Shown: piece by piece, positions 12,600-26,224 of the stretch
How positions within the stretch are numbered: the first letter of the stretch is position 1
How the letters are laid out: each line of letters starts with the position of its first letter
Source: Lama glama
Lineage: Eukaryota
DNA: 64,000 nucleotides
Direction: 5' to 3'
Assembly: GCA_028534125.1 (NCBI GenBank)
Contig: CM052816.1
Span: forward strand, 82,400,001-82,464,000
Made by a program: the position numbers and the translations under genes
Notes under the pieces: model-generated
The model's database searches: none
Seen by the model: only the letters and a program-made list of their open reading frames with translations
Told to the model about the DNA's origin: nothing

Positions 12600-13400
12600 A
12601 CCAAATCAGTTGATTCTACCAGAATCTTTGACTTTGTCTATCTCTTCCCAATTCTGCTTCCACTTTCTTTTTTATTACACCAGCTTCTCTCTATTGTGTT
12701 TTAATTGTTCCTTGACTGGTCCATGTGCCGCCTTTTTACATCTCTTAGAAACCATTATTCATGCAGCAGCCGGAGTGATTCTTTAAAAAGGTAAATCACA
12801 TCTTGCCTTTCTCCCATTAAGTTCTTCAATGGCTTCCCATTGTATGTAGGGTTGTGTGCAGTCTCCATACCTTGAGTGACAGGAGCCTGGCTATGTTGAC
12901 TTCTGCTTACTTCTCAGCCTCATTTCTGATCCACCTTCTTTTTCTCACTATTGCTCCAGCTAATTGTCTTCCTTTTAGTTCTTAGAATGTACCTCAAGCT
13001 CTGTCCTACCTCAGACGCCTACACGTTCCCCTGTAGAGCTTCTATACAAGTTGTCCTGCCCTCGCTCCTTGTCATTCTTCAAATTGCAACTTAAATGTCA
13101 TATTTAAAGATAGAGACTTTAAGTGATACATATTTTAAAAAATCTAGGCAGGTCTCTCCCCTTTATGCTTTAACAAACAACGTGTGTATTACCTTCTAAG
13201 CATGTTTATCATTTGTCGTTATTCACGTATATTCATTTGCCTGTTTAATGTTTGTCACACCAATCTGACCATAAGCTCCATGCAAGCAGGAGCCAGATCT
13301 TTTTAACTCAACACTGTCTACCTGGTGCAGAGAATACTTACCGCCTTTTAGATAGTAGGGATTTAATGGATGATTGTTGAATAAATAAATGAATAATAAA
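12600..13400 (+). mobile_element. L2 LINE 3' portion
   Basis: gcagccggagtgattctttaaaaaggtaaatcacatc...cttcaatggcttcccattg...taagctccatgcaagcagg...ttgttgaataaataaatgaat. Confidence 0.85.
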
Positions 13401-13778
13401 GAAGGTGTATCCCATTTCTGGAATGCTTTTTTATAGACGTGCTCCTGATTAGCTATATATTAAAAAAAGAGCCTAGAGCTAACCTGAGAGTAGGAGGTGA
13501 AAAGAGCTGAAATTAAATTCAAGAGTGAAGAGGCGAGAAAGAGAAATGGAAGCGAGTAAAGGAATAGCTGCTGGGTAGGTGAATAAAAGCAAAACAAAAC
13601 AGCAACGTAGAAACAAATCCCTCATTGTGGGCTGTTGAAAGGCTGATTATAATTTCTAACATTCAGTTTTCAATTTTTCTACATGCCCTTGATGTAAACT
13701 CCTCCTTAGACTTCTTAAGTCTCCAGAAAAGTGTGCTAAATACAAATGACATCCACGTTTCTGAGTTTCTGTTTTATG

Positions 13779-14170
13779 GGTATAAGTTATCTATTTTTGC
13801 ATGACAAATTACCATAAAATAAGCATCTTAAAAATATACATCGATTATCTCACAGTTTCTATGGTTCAGAAATCTGAGCATAGTTTAGCTAGGTCCTTTA
13901 TTTCAGGATCTATCACAAGGTTGTAATCAAAGTATTGTCCAGGGCCGAGGTCTCATCTGAAGGGTGACTGGGGAGGGATCTGGTTTCAAGCTGTTAGACT
14001 TAGGGCATCATCAGTTCTTCAGTGGCTGTTAGTCTCAGTTTCTTGTCATGTGAGTCTCTCCAGTATGGCAGCTTGTTTCATCAAAGTCTATAGTCCTGAA
14101 GGCAATAGAGTGAGTCTGCTAAAAAGATGAGACCACAATCTTTTGTTACCTACCCATCATGTCACAGTAT
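13779..14170 (-). mobile_element. MaLR LTR, MLT1F/G-like (partial)
   Basis: ttatctcacagtttctatggttcagaaatctgagcatagtttagctagg...gtctcatctgaagggtgactggggagggatc. Confidence 0.8.
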
Positions 14171-15534
14171 GTTTGTTGATGTTTTGGTTATGTGTGTGTG
14201 TGTGTTTTAATCAAAGAAGAGACTACATTCCAAATTTAGGATGACACAATTCAGCAGGTATAGGCTGTTGGAATGGAGTTATCCATGAAAACATGTATTT
14301 CCTGAAAAACTGAAGAAAACTGGGGACAGCCATCACAGGGTGTGGATAGAGGTCTAAATTACATTATTTGGCTCTCAAGGGGCACTTGGACCTTGGATTC
14401 CAATAATAATTAGATTGTCCAGGGAACTGCTATAACTCTTCACTTTGCCTTCGCTGACAGCTTTTCTGAAGATATAAGACACTGAGAAGTTCTATGTATT
14501 GCCAAGGAGTTAGGGCAATTTGTATAGCAGTTGTGGATAGAAGGAGTTTTATAAGACTTTTCACCATGGACTCAACGTTCCCAAGTTATTTTATAGTTCA
14601 TCTTGTTTAAGGTCTAATCTGAAAAGTCATGAAAAGTTCTCCAGTGATCTGGCACTAACTTTGTAACTTGTAAGCTCTCTGACTGATAAAATTAGAAAAA
14701 TGTTCTATTTTAAAAACAATTATTAATATGCTTTATCTAATAATAACATATGTATCTTTTATTTAGAATCAACTGAGATGTACTGAGTATTCATCTGTGT
14801 GCCAGGCATGGTATCAGGCATTTTCCCAGGTGCTAACTTACAGATTGCTCAAAGAACACTGGTGACTAAACCGTTATAAAGGCTGATAGAAGAGAAGTTC
14901 ATTCAAAACCAGATAATTTATGAAACAATTATTTGAAATTATATGATGGCAGTAAATTTGAGTATGGGCAGATAGGAGATGACAAGTTCTGTTTTATACA
15001 TAAAGTCCGACTGCATATGTGATAATGCCATGAGGGGTGACATGGAGGAGGAAGGACAGTACTGGGAGCCAGCATGGGTGTTAAGCCAGCATGGGCGAGA
15101 TGACTGCTGTCCATCTTTTAAATATCAGCGTTATTCAGAGTTGTTTTGAGCATCTCTCTTCATTTTTTTTCATGCCAATAATATAAGAATGTAATTGGTG
15201 ACAATAAATGACTTCATTCTGATTGATGGATGCATGTGTATGTGGTGGTTGACATTCTGAGAGCAATGACACCTTCCAATCAGAGCAGGTAGAGGTTGAT
15301 GGTGGTGTCACCTGGTTGCCTCCCGGGATGCTTTCCCCTGCCTTTGGAACCATAGGGGAGCTGGCTACACTGTCTCTGTCAATGGAGAGGGTTCCTGAGA
15401 CCTCAGCCAAATGCCAACTCCTGCTACTTCCCAAAAGTGGAATTAGACATACTTTTCCAAGTGATGGGTGCCCCACTTCTCCTCCTGTTTGTTCTCATTA
15501 AGCCTGAGGAAGGAATAGTCAGTTCTTCCCAAAA

Positions 15535-15715
15535 TGTGGCTGGTAAGGAGGTGATGAGGTGCACTGCCCACAAGGTCCAACTCTGGGGACTGCAGCTGAC
15601 TGACAGTCTGCCACGCTGAGGGTGTTTTTCTCCAAGGATGCTACCAGCCGATGGCCGAGCATGGCCGAGGCACTAGAGTGGGGGCATTCCTCTTCAATTC
15701 TGGACTCTTGTCATT
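15535..15715 (+). mobile_element. ERVL LTR16-like fragment
   Basis: tgtggctggtaaggaggtg...tgcagctgactgacag...ccagccgatggccgagcatggccgaggcactagag...ggactc. Confidence 0.6.
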
Positions 15716-17039
15716 GGAAGAGGTTGAGATGGTGAGGAGATTGGGAATGGCATGGATAGATTCCTAATTTAAGCAGGGCTATATTTTTGGCATTGCATTT
15801 TAAAAAAAGAAATCAAAGCAGTTTATTATCACAGTAGGATTTTTTTTTCTTTCAAAGTAGGATTTCCAAAATCGGATGTGTTTCAGTTTCTAGGACAATT
15901 AAGTCACTCAATACCATGCTTTCATCTTATGTCAGATGGATGAGGTGTTTCACCATAATATTAAAAAAAAAACATAATCAGTGGGTCCCGGAATGCATAC
16001 TTGGATGGAGCTGATTTGTTTCCTGTGTTTTTAGATATATGTAGATGTGTGCTGTTGGAGGTTTGTCATTGACTGGGAGCGAAATCCAGAGCATGAAAAG
16101 TTAGTTTGTCCATTAGTACAGCAATCCAAAATTCACACTTCCTGGGAAAATCTTGGTGGCTTGGAGTCATGGCCATATTTGTACATATCTTCTGAAAAAC
16201 CTAAGAGATATTCTGGTCTCCACGATAAAGAGAATTCAGGTCTATCTTGTGCTCTGCTACATCCCCAGCCCTCAGGACAGTGTGTTGTACATGGTAGATG
16301 TTCAAAAATATTTGTTGTTAAAAAAAAAAGGAAGGACATTATAATCAGGGTATTTTTTAATTGTGAGTAAATGTGACTGTATACTTTGACCATTCTTATA
16401 TGTAGAAGAATCAGTTAATCACAACTAGTCACAATTGTGCCTATTCTACGATCCGTGTTTCTTTAAACTGTTTACTCCTTTTATGATTTGTAAATAGGGG
16501 AGTGATGTTGGGATAACGTGAAAGGTGCCGATTCGCACATGATTTTCAGGGTGTTAATTTTTTTAAGTGATTGAGGTTCCTCTTATAATTAAATGCCTTA
16601 GCAACGTAGAAAACCCTTCTTAAAAAAATCTAAACTTTTACAAAAGTGCTTTCTTTTAGTGCAAGCCATGCTTACACTCAGAAGATTTTTGATTTTTATG
16701 GACATGTCTCTGTAGGAAGCAAGTGCCCCCCAAGAAGTACATCTCAAAGGAAAATGTATAAGTGCCAGAATTCAAGTTGGCAAGAATTAACTGTGATACT
16801 AGATGCCTATGCCAAGCATATTTTCGATGTGTTTATGTTTTTATTAGGATTGATATGGTTTTGGTTCTCTGGATATAGCAGTCTTTCAGTGCTCTGCTCC
16901 AACTCTAATTTCTCCCAGAGCCATTGTCATTTTCACCATGTGATTTTACAGAAAGCATGTCCCCCTCCACCCAGAAGTACATATATGGTGTGATAGCAGG
17001 AACGCTTTTACTTAGAAGAAAAGCAGTATTTTAACTTGG

Positions 17040-17290
17040 CTAGTAATTCGGCTCTGGAGTCAAATAGCTTGGGTTTAAGTTTCAGCTTTTCCATTTCCAA
17101 GATGAGTATACTTGGGCATGACACTTAATATTCTGTTCCTTAGAATCCACAACAGTTAAAAAAAAAAAGAAGGCGAAATAATAGCATGTGCCTCATTGGA
17201 CTATTGTGTAGTACGTGAGTTGATGTAATAAAGAGCTTAGAAGAGTGCCAGGCACCTAGTGGACATTCCACTAACAGTAATTATTATTAT
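17040..17290 (+). mobile_element. MIR SINE, near full length
   Basis: gctctggagtcaaatagcttgggtttaag...cttgggcatgacacttaa...gagcttagaagagtgccaggcacctagt...ttattattat. Confidence 0.85.
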
Positions 17291-18349
17291 GAAATAAAGC
17301 AGTGCTTTCTCCAGCTAAGCCATGAGAGAGAGAGTTCACCTTGCTATGTGGAGACATGGCGTGTTTCATAACTGGTACCTTAATATAGGAATTCCCTTAA
17401 GGCTTGACTCATAGTTCTTTGTAGACCTTTGAGGAGCCAGTCCTCTTTTGAATTTTGAATTGCCACAACCTGTTTTTTTTTTTTTTCATCTCAACTGGCT
17501 AGAGTCACTAGACTGTGACTTAAATTAAATTATACCTTAAAACTGATTTCCTGCAGTTACTTGTGCTCTATACAGTAGAGTCATCATATACTTGCTGCTC
17601 TTATTTGACATTTTCTCTTAGTCTTTTTCTTGATAAATTATGATCTGTTATACCAATTCCCTTAAATGTGAAATTGATAACAGTGTAATGGAAACAAGAT
17701 GTAATATCAATAAATGATCTACCATAAACACAGTTAAAACTGCAAAACACATGTCCAAAATTAAGTGATGTAGAATTGAAGTATACTTTTCTTTTTCCCT
17801 AGTAAAAGGCTGATGAAGCCAAAGATTAACATAAGGACAAAAGCCTTTTGCTACCTCAGGCAATGTCTGTGTTCCTGGGAAAACTGGATAAATGCTGTGT
17901 GGGAGTTCGCTTTGAGAGCGGGGTCTCTGGGCTGATGTGTCTTTTCTTAAATGCTTGGATTTCCAAAGTAGTGATCCATTGTCTGGAGTGGAAGTGCTGT
18001 CTTCCAACTGATGGTTTTAAAATGACTTGCAAAGTAGTGAACCTACTATACCATCAACAGGTTAAGTCTGATTATCAAGCTGAGTGATGGTTGGACAAAA
18101 AATTTCAAAGGGCCTTTGCTTCTATGAAATGCTAATTAATAATTAAAGATCAAATACCTGAGAACAAATTTTTATATCCATTTTGCTCTCCTCCATTCAT
18201 GGTAGAAGGGAAACATTATGAGAAAAATAGGCTCTGGTGGAAAAGGACTGTATGGGGACTAGAGTTGTCTGTTTTCAAATTCTTCACAGGACTTGGGTGG
18301 GCTGCTCTAATGTGAATACACATGAGTGAAATTATGGTCAGGGGAAAAA

Positions 18350-18550
18350 GCAAATTATGCATTAAAACCCCATGTCAGGCTCTGAGATTGACACCTACTA
18401 TTTCATTTAATTCCTATCCCCTCCCCCCAAACCCAAAAGAAACCAAACTTGTGAATTAGGTATTATTATTCTTATTTTGTAGCCAAGAGATCAGGCTCAG
18501 AGCGACTGAGTAATGGTAAGGTCAGTCTGTTTTCTTTCCGCTGCATCAGA
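18350..18550 (-). mobile_element. MIR fragment
   Basis: tttcatttaattcct...taggtattattattcttattttgtagccaagagatcaggctcagag. Confidence 0.65.
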
Positions 18551-21169
18551 CCTTGCCTGAGCAACTTCCTTCTGTTCTCCTCCTGCCCACTCTCGACGTT
18601 ACTCCTAGTCTTAGACTACTTGGACGGTACTCTCTTTTTCTACCAATTCTCTCACCTTTATCCATGCAAGCCAGAATTTCAAAGACGTGTGCCAGGATCA
18701 GAACGTCACTGATCAGGCCAGATGTGTTGTTAGTCTGGAGGAGACTTCAGGGTGCTTCTGCCTGCATGCATTCATTGTGCTCCTTAATCTGACCCTCAGT
18801 CTTGTAGATTCAGAAACCTGGTTTTCAGGAGTAATGAGAGTGACTCTGGATCTCATGCTGGACTTCTGTTAACAAAATTCATACACATTGATACATAAAA
18901 CGAAAACATCAATTGATTTCATTTACAATAAGAAGCAAACTGCCCAAGGTCGTGAACACTCACATCTGTGGTCAATACTTTCATTCTCTGTAGATTCGTG
19001 TCTTAAGAAGCCACATTATAATCACAAAAATGCCAGTGATTGCTAAGTCACTGGAACAGAAAGGATTAGTAATTCAGTGAGTGTTGATACCATCTGGTAA
19101 ATTAGCATAAAGATCCTTACCAAAAATACACCCGTAATGCACAGATAGATTGAATCAAGTCCCTGGGCACTGAAGAATTTGGGTGGGCACTGTCTACGCT
19201 GTTTGTATACTTACTTAGTTTTATCTTGTCTCGTAAGCGCTTAGGTTTGTAACAATTCACCTTCTGATCGACTCACTACTCCAGTCTTAATGATTCCAGG
19301 GAGAATTTCTAGAACTTAATGTGACTTTACACACATGAGTTTCAATCCATTTGATATTGATGTTTAGTTAATCTTGCAGGTGACAATCTTATTTCTCTTA
19401 TTTGGAAATGAATTTTGGGTTGGATGGAGAAAAATCCCTCTGTACCTCTCAAAGCCATGGATACCAGATTACTTTTCAAAAGAAAATGCAATTTATGCCT
19501 TTGAACAGAGCTATATGAAAGACTACATTCTTAGAAATGATATCCAATTAAAATTTGGTGAGGTCTTAATAATGGGGCACTATATGTATATTTCACTTTA
19601 GTAATTTTGTCTGTTATGTTAAGAACTCTTTATATGGAGGGCCTATTTTCAGAGCATGTTTTATGGAACAAAAACACCATCAATAGCGGCCTCCAGGATG
19701 AGATTCAGAAAGCCTTGGGATTGCCATATAAACCTCAAATATGTTTCTCACCATCTGTCTGTTATTCACCCTTTGAGACTAATTTCTTTGAGTCTTACAA
19801 TCTTTTCTGTTTTAAACATTTTTTCTTATAATGCAAATGTACCTGGGATAGTTAATGCGTTAGGCCAGTGTTTATGAAATGGATATCATTAAACAAGCTG
19901 AAGATATAGTTCCAATGTCAGGGAATTCTCTGGAAGAATTTAATTTTAATAATGAAATAATAATACATGCATGTTCTAGGCCACCTGAATGACTACTTGC
20001 AAATGAGCACTCCCTTCTAATGTAAAGCCAGACTTTATATTTTTGCTCTTTTTGGCATCAACTATTATTACTTTAATTGTCACTGGCTTATTAATCATAG
20101 GATCCTTTAAAAAAAAAAAAAGGCCAAACACTATTATCTCAGTCTATAAACCAGGTTTCTTAAAAGTTTAAAGTGCAAAAAGAGGTGAAAGAATTGAGAT
20201 CTAACAAAGGATGATGGCCGCAGACTGCACCTGGAGAATTATTATCTGGAAGACTACTGATGTGAGGCAAGTGGATGTTTAAATACTGCCTATGGGGTGG
20301 CCAGATTGAAATCAAGCTTCCTCATATCAATTATTTGTAAGTTTGAATTATAGAAGATTATTTTTGTCCATTAACTTGTCCCTTACAGAAAACATCGAAT
20401 GGCTCCGATTCCCAGTAGTGAAAAATAAAGTACATTCCCCTATTGCAAGAGATTAAAATTGTTTGGAGTGATATTTCATCACAGAATCACATAGTAGCTT
20501 ACTTTTTCTTTTTAGGAGTTTGTGGATTGATTGCTTAGATACAGACCAGGTTTAGAAGATTCTTAGATATTGATTTAAGAGTCTCAAGCTACACAGATCC
20601 AAGAAATATGTTTTCCTTCCCCCTTAAATGGATAGACACCATTGAGCTTAGTCTGGCCTCCTGAGTTTAGGATATCATTTGAATGTCTGGGAAAAAAAAA
20701 AAAAAGCTGAAGGCTCTGAAGATTCTCGTGGTTGTCACCGTCAATAAGGCCTGTTAGTTAATATAATAAATCTATTACTGGAAACCAGAAACAACCGTTT
20801 CTTTGATGAAGGGTCTGTGTGAATAGACTCAAAGTTCTGACTGAAATAACTCAAATGGTTACTGTGCTGCGGATACATCTATGATTAACTACCCTCGATG
20901 TGTCTCGGGTAAGCAATTCAGGGCAGAGATTTTGGAGAAATTCTTCCTAAGAAACTTGTGGTAGTGTTAAAGTATTTCCCACACTGTTCAAAACGTCTGC
21001 TTCTCCTCCGTTTTAAATTCCTACTTCTTCCTTTGATTTTCTTTTCCTTCTTTCTGATTTTAAGATCTTACATGTTTCTTACATTTTATTACATTCCCCT
21101 CTTTTCTTCTTTCTTTATGCCCTTTCTTTATGGGAAAGTGAGGAGAAAAGTGACAGAATTTTCACCGAT

Positions 21170-21500
21170 GCTGGCATTTATTATTATGACAGTTCATTAA
21201 TCCACAGCCCCTACAATGTGGGTAAACTGAGGCCCTGAGTATGTAAACAACAGCCTTAAGGGAACTGACAAATGGTAGAGCCAGTTCTGAATTCATGTGT
21301 TAGAACTATTCCATAGTTGGAATATTATTTATCTTTCTACATAATCTCTTTATTCATAATACAGATGTCATCAGTCCATCTGTCTCTACATGTCTGTGGT
21401 GGCACTAAGAAATACAGTTTGTATTTCTTCACACCCATCGCCCATCCCAAAGAAAAGCAGAATGGTTTCAGGTGAATATTTGTGCTCCAAGTATTTGTTG
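21170..21500. mobile_element. MIR fragment (-) followed by an L2 3' end (+)
   Basis: aaactgaggccctgag...aaatggtagagccag...; then agaatggtttcaggtgaatatttgtgctccaagtatttgttgact. Confidence 0.55.
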
Positions 21501-22899
21501 ACTAGAAAACGTATCTCAAAACTCACCATTAGAGTATTTCCACTCTGTTTTGTTCTTAGGTATAGTAGGATGGGCAATGTTCATGGCCATGGGGGCCAGA
21601 TAATATCAAAACACATAAATCGAATTTACCTTCCTTTTTCCATTAAATGCCCCAAATCTAAAGCTCCAAGACATGCAGAAATTTGCACATGCTATCAGTA
21701 CCGAATAGTCTACAGTGCTTACTTTCAGAATTTATATTCTTCAAGAATAGTGTTAACATTATTTTAGAAAAAAACAGTAATGACAGATATAAAAATTGAG
21801 TTAACTTAGACATAGGATTACAAACTGAGTGTATTTATCCTTGGAGGTTATTAATCATTGCATGTGCCAGAGATCTATAAAAGCCTGGCCTCAGTGCTTA
21901 CTACAGGGACTTTATCCTTTCCTCTACAAATTGCTCAGTTCCACCAAAGCAAAGACACTATTCCCCACTGAGGACTAAATAAATGACAAGCTTGAAGTGG
22001 TGAAAAATAAATTCCTTCTCTGAGTTGCTTGAGTAAAAAGCTATCTGAAAAAAAAATCACACATTTCTCTTCACATAATGTAAACTTAACACTTTTTGCA
22101 ACATTGTACTTATTTGAGAAGAAGCTTGGGAAATTTATTCTAAAGAGAAGGATATTTGGGATACTAGTTCTACCTCAAATAATGGAGAACATTGGGAATA
22201 AGTCTGATCTGTTCACCCCCCTAAACTTTCACCTGTTACTACAATCCATATACAAACATTTTCTCGTACCCAGAGAAGAATTTATTTATGCACTTTATTT
22301 TCACTGCATGTCTATGAGAATGCAAAGATGTAAACATTGATCTACATAATCCTATACATATATTAAGTGAAACTTCCTGCAACAGTGTGAATCAGATCAT
22401 TAAAAAAATAGCAAAATTACAGTGAGTGGCTTATTTGCCAAAAGTGGGAATTTTAATTATTCTGCGTAGTTTGAATTCATGAAAGAATCAGTCACTCGTA
22501 TTCTGTTTTTTACCTCCTGTTCGTAATTCTGGTGAGCTTCTGATATTTAGATCATGATCTTCAATGCTTCTTTATTTAAATTCTTACTACAGAGGTCTGG
22601 GAAGTGATATGGCCAGCCAGAGTAGATCCAGTTTTTTACAGCTGACCCTGAGACTGGGTAATATATTTCTTAAGGAAAAAAGTACCAAAAATGTAATGCA
22701 GCATTCTAGAAGCAAGAAGATTTTTTTCCCAATAAAATGATACTAAATCATACAGGTAAATTATATATATATATATATTTTTCCCTCCCACATTTTTTTG
22801 TTTCTAAGTTCTAAAGTAAAGAATGTTGGCTAGGAATCATGACACCTGAACTTACACAAACAGCTTTTTCTGGACTACACGTCTTCACCCTGCCACACT

Positions 22900-23340
22900 T
22901 GTCTGATCACTGCCACCAAACTCCCCAGTGTCTCCCTTGCCACCTTCTTGCCTGCTCACATCCCTAAACATGCCCAGCTTCCTTCATTCCTGAAATGTAC
23001 TGAGATCTCTTCTCTGCATCATTGCCTTTGCCCATTATTTCTGTTCTTCACATTTTATCTCATCATCTCCTAATCACTCTTTAGTTACCAATTAATAATC
23101 ACTTTCTCAAATGGGTCTTTTCCAAGCCCACCAACTATATGGAGCTCCTGTATAACATTCTCATAGAATTATATACATTACTACCTACATATATTTCTAT
23201 TTTTAAAGGTAAATTTATTTTCATAATTGTTTCTTTATTGTCTAGATAGTGTAGGTTATATGCTTCATTAGAATTTGTCTAGTACATTGTAGATGCTCAG
23301 TAAATATTTGAGAAATTAATAGATGAATAAATTAGTAATA
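22900..23340 (+). mobile_element. L2 LINE 3' fragment
   Basis: Ends tagtacattgtagatgctcagtaaatatttgagaaattaatagatgaat. Confidence 0.7.
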
Positions 23341-23529
23341 AGAGTTGGGGTAGGATAAATGATCTACAAGATTTTTATCCATCTGGAGCCGTCTAGGATA
23401 CTGGGGTAAATTCATTGCTTAATTTCAATTCAAACCCTGTCCTGAAGGAGATTTTATCTTAAACTATGCTTTATGTACACAGTCAGGAATTGCAAGAAAG
23501 TTTCTTAAACTGAGTTTTGGACTTCCATA

Positions 23530-24154
23530 CAGCCATTCATACCAAGGGGTTAATCTCTAAAATATAAATATGATCCCATGCTTTTTACTGAAACCTGACC
23601 TGGCTCTTGACTGTATGTAACGTAAAATCCGAACATTTTGGGGTGATATGCAGAGCCCTCATGACCTGCCTGTTCTTTCAGACTACAGCAAAGACACAAA
23701 TCCTGTGTTTGACAGTTAAGACCCATTTACAGTTCCCAAAATTCATGATGCTTTTTAATGTTTTGTTTTGATTTTTCATTTGGTGTCATGCCTTTGCACC
23801 TCCTGTGTCTACTTTCTAGAAAGCCTCTCTCCCAACCCCCTTTTTTAGCTTTTATTCACTAGGCAAATTCCAACTTAGCCTCCAATTTTTGGCTGAAATT
23901 TTGAATGCTTAGTCATTTTTCTCATCTTTCCAGAAAGACCAAAGAACTTTATCACATACATGCCTCTATTGTCACACTTAACAGATTTCTGTAATCATTT
24001 ACCTGATTACCTGATTACAGAAACAGGACAGTTTCTCCTTAACGTTGCCAGTCCTGAAGAACAGGGGTCACATTCTTATCACGGGGCTCCTCAGTCCCTA
24101 GCACGGTGCCTGGCACACGTTGGATGGTTCTTGAATGCGGAATGAATGAATGAA
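23530..24154 (+). mobile_element. L2 LINE 3' portion
   Basis: Ends cctcagtccctagcacggtgcctggcacacgttggatggttcttgaatgcggaatgaatgaatgaa, the canonical L2 tail. Confidence 0.85.
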
Positions 24155-24799
24155 GGTGAGTCCCAAATGACTATGTCAAAGGCTTAGCACCTGTTTGCTA
24201 GAGCTTCAGCTGTGAGTAAAAGAAGTTGGTCTCTAGCCTCCCAATTTCATTCTCACATTCTAAAGTTTATTGATAATGAATACTTTTATGGACTTGTCTT
24301 TATAAAGCTAATATCTACAAATCAATGTATTTTCATACTTTGATTATAAATTATTTTATTGTTTTCCTCTGAACATTTACTTTTTAAATTTTTTTGCATT
24401 TTTCTTAAAATTATTCAGACAAGAGTGAATCTTCTATGCAGAAATAGTATTCCGTAGATTTTGGTGGTCATAATTCTGAATGTATCAGCTTCTTAAAAGA
24501 TTTTCAAGTGAGAGAATTATTTTTCAACCCTTTGTTCAGTTTTGTATTCTTTATCACTTTTAAATCTTTATCTTCTGTATTTATTAACTGGTAGACCTTC
24601 ATTATTTAATGATTTTTTTTTCCCTATGGTAAGAATGAATGATCAATCCTTAAGTCCTGTCAATGGAACATTCATTTTTATTTTTTGGAGTAATTATATA
24701 TTTTGTTTCTGTTTCCGAAGATGTCAGAAATATAAATCACTTTTGCTTCTGATTTATAATGAAAAGAAATTCTGTATCACATCACCATGTGGTACTCAC

Positions 24800-24976
24800 C
24801 AGTATGTTTCTTCTTCTTCTGATCTATGAGAATTCAATACCAAACCCTTGAGCCCTCCTGACCTTCCAGTGGGTCCATCTCAGAGTATAGGTGCTCAGAG
24901 TTGGGCATTTTTAGTCATTTCCCCTCTTATTGCCATTTATTCAGTGTTCAGCATCTGACACTTATCTGATGATGAC
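24800..24976 (-). other. candidate non-coding exon (177 nt)
   Basis: Minus-strand acceptor ggttgtatctttccag|G and donor CTG|gtgagt. Stops in all three frames. Confidence 0.25.
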
Positions 24977-26185
24977 CTGGAAAGATACAACCAACATTTC
25001 CTTTTAAATAAGGATGGTGAAATATCAAAAGCCTTGGTTACATGATGCAAAGAACAAAACTCTCATCTTTCAGGTTTGCACTTGTAAAAAAATGGAAGCT
25101 CTAATAGAGAGACAAAAAGGGCAGTTTCATGGACATGTTTTAGAACCACCCCACACTAATAAAACACAACTTTAAAAGACAGAAAAAATCTTTCCCAATA
25201 CTTTAATAGTCCATCTTAATTATTTCCATTGGCTGAAGCTCCAAGTGCTAATGTGCTCTTGCTCTAAATTATTTCAAGAACGAGCAGGGCATCGAGCCTC
25301 CCTAAGGCTGTGAAACAGCAGGTGGCCCTTCGGCTGCAGCCTGGGCATCTTATGAACAGCTCAATTGCTCCCCACAGGCTGCCATTCTGTCTTGTTGAGA
25401 GTCAGGCCACCTTGACTGAATGCTCCGGCAGAAAGACTTTTATTGATAAAAACATTGTAAACTGACAAGAGAAGGGATTTGGTAACCATGAAGCCTCGTT
25501 CCCAAATTTCAGGTCTAAGCAACAGGACAGGTGCTATGAGTTACAGAGTGTCTTTTATCGGATGAGGGGATGGAAGGAAGATGTGAGAGGCTGTCTCCCT
25601 TGTATGCCAGTTTACCCTTAGAGATAACTCACAGCATCTTAAGACAAGAAGATTGTGATAGCTCAAGGATGTCTTCATCCCCTCCAGATGGACCCAAGCA
25701 TGTGACTACTAACTAGAGTTTACGAGCATCTGCCCACAGGTTAAGTGTACAGGAAAACGTTTGCAGGGATTCTTATACTATTAACACTCTGTGGAAAAAA
25801 GTATCTGGAGAGGAGAGGAGGAATTGGTGGATTGAGGAGAGGTCTTGAAGAGGAATAAAAATGGATTTTTGCTTTATATATTCTATATTTTTAAATGTTC
25901 TTTGAACAATGAAAACAATATTTCTGTTTTTTACAAAATCTTTTCCTAAATATAAATGCCTTTTTCATTTGTAAATAGTAGCCTATGTGAGCTTCTCTAA
26001 CTGTAGTAATAATTTAACTTTTTCAGCTTTGCAAAGACTAGTATTTTTTAAAGGTATTGAAATCTTTAGCATACACTTTAATTGCCCTTTGCCATTAGTA
26101 GGGCAAGGCAAATTATTGACCAACTGGAGGAAATCATATTTAGGGGACAGCAGAAGGTCCCCAACTAACCTACCAGTGGTCATTG

Positions 26186-26224
26186 TCATCATCATCATCA
26201 TTATCATCACCATCAACATCATCA
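26186..26224. repeat. imperfect (ATC)n microsatellite
   Basis: tcatcatcatcatcattatcatcaccatcaacatcatca. Confidence 0.9.

Noticed and set aside
24721..24801. Possible 81-nt plus-strand exon (CQKYKSLLLLIYNEKKFCITSPCGTH)
   Set aside because: AAG acceptor and CCA|gtatgt donor are weak, joining it to the 4895-4969 candidate creates TGA, and the peptide is unrecognised.
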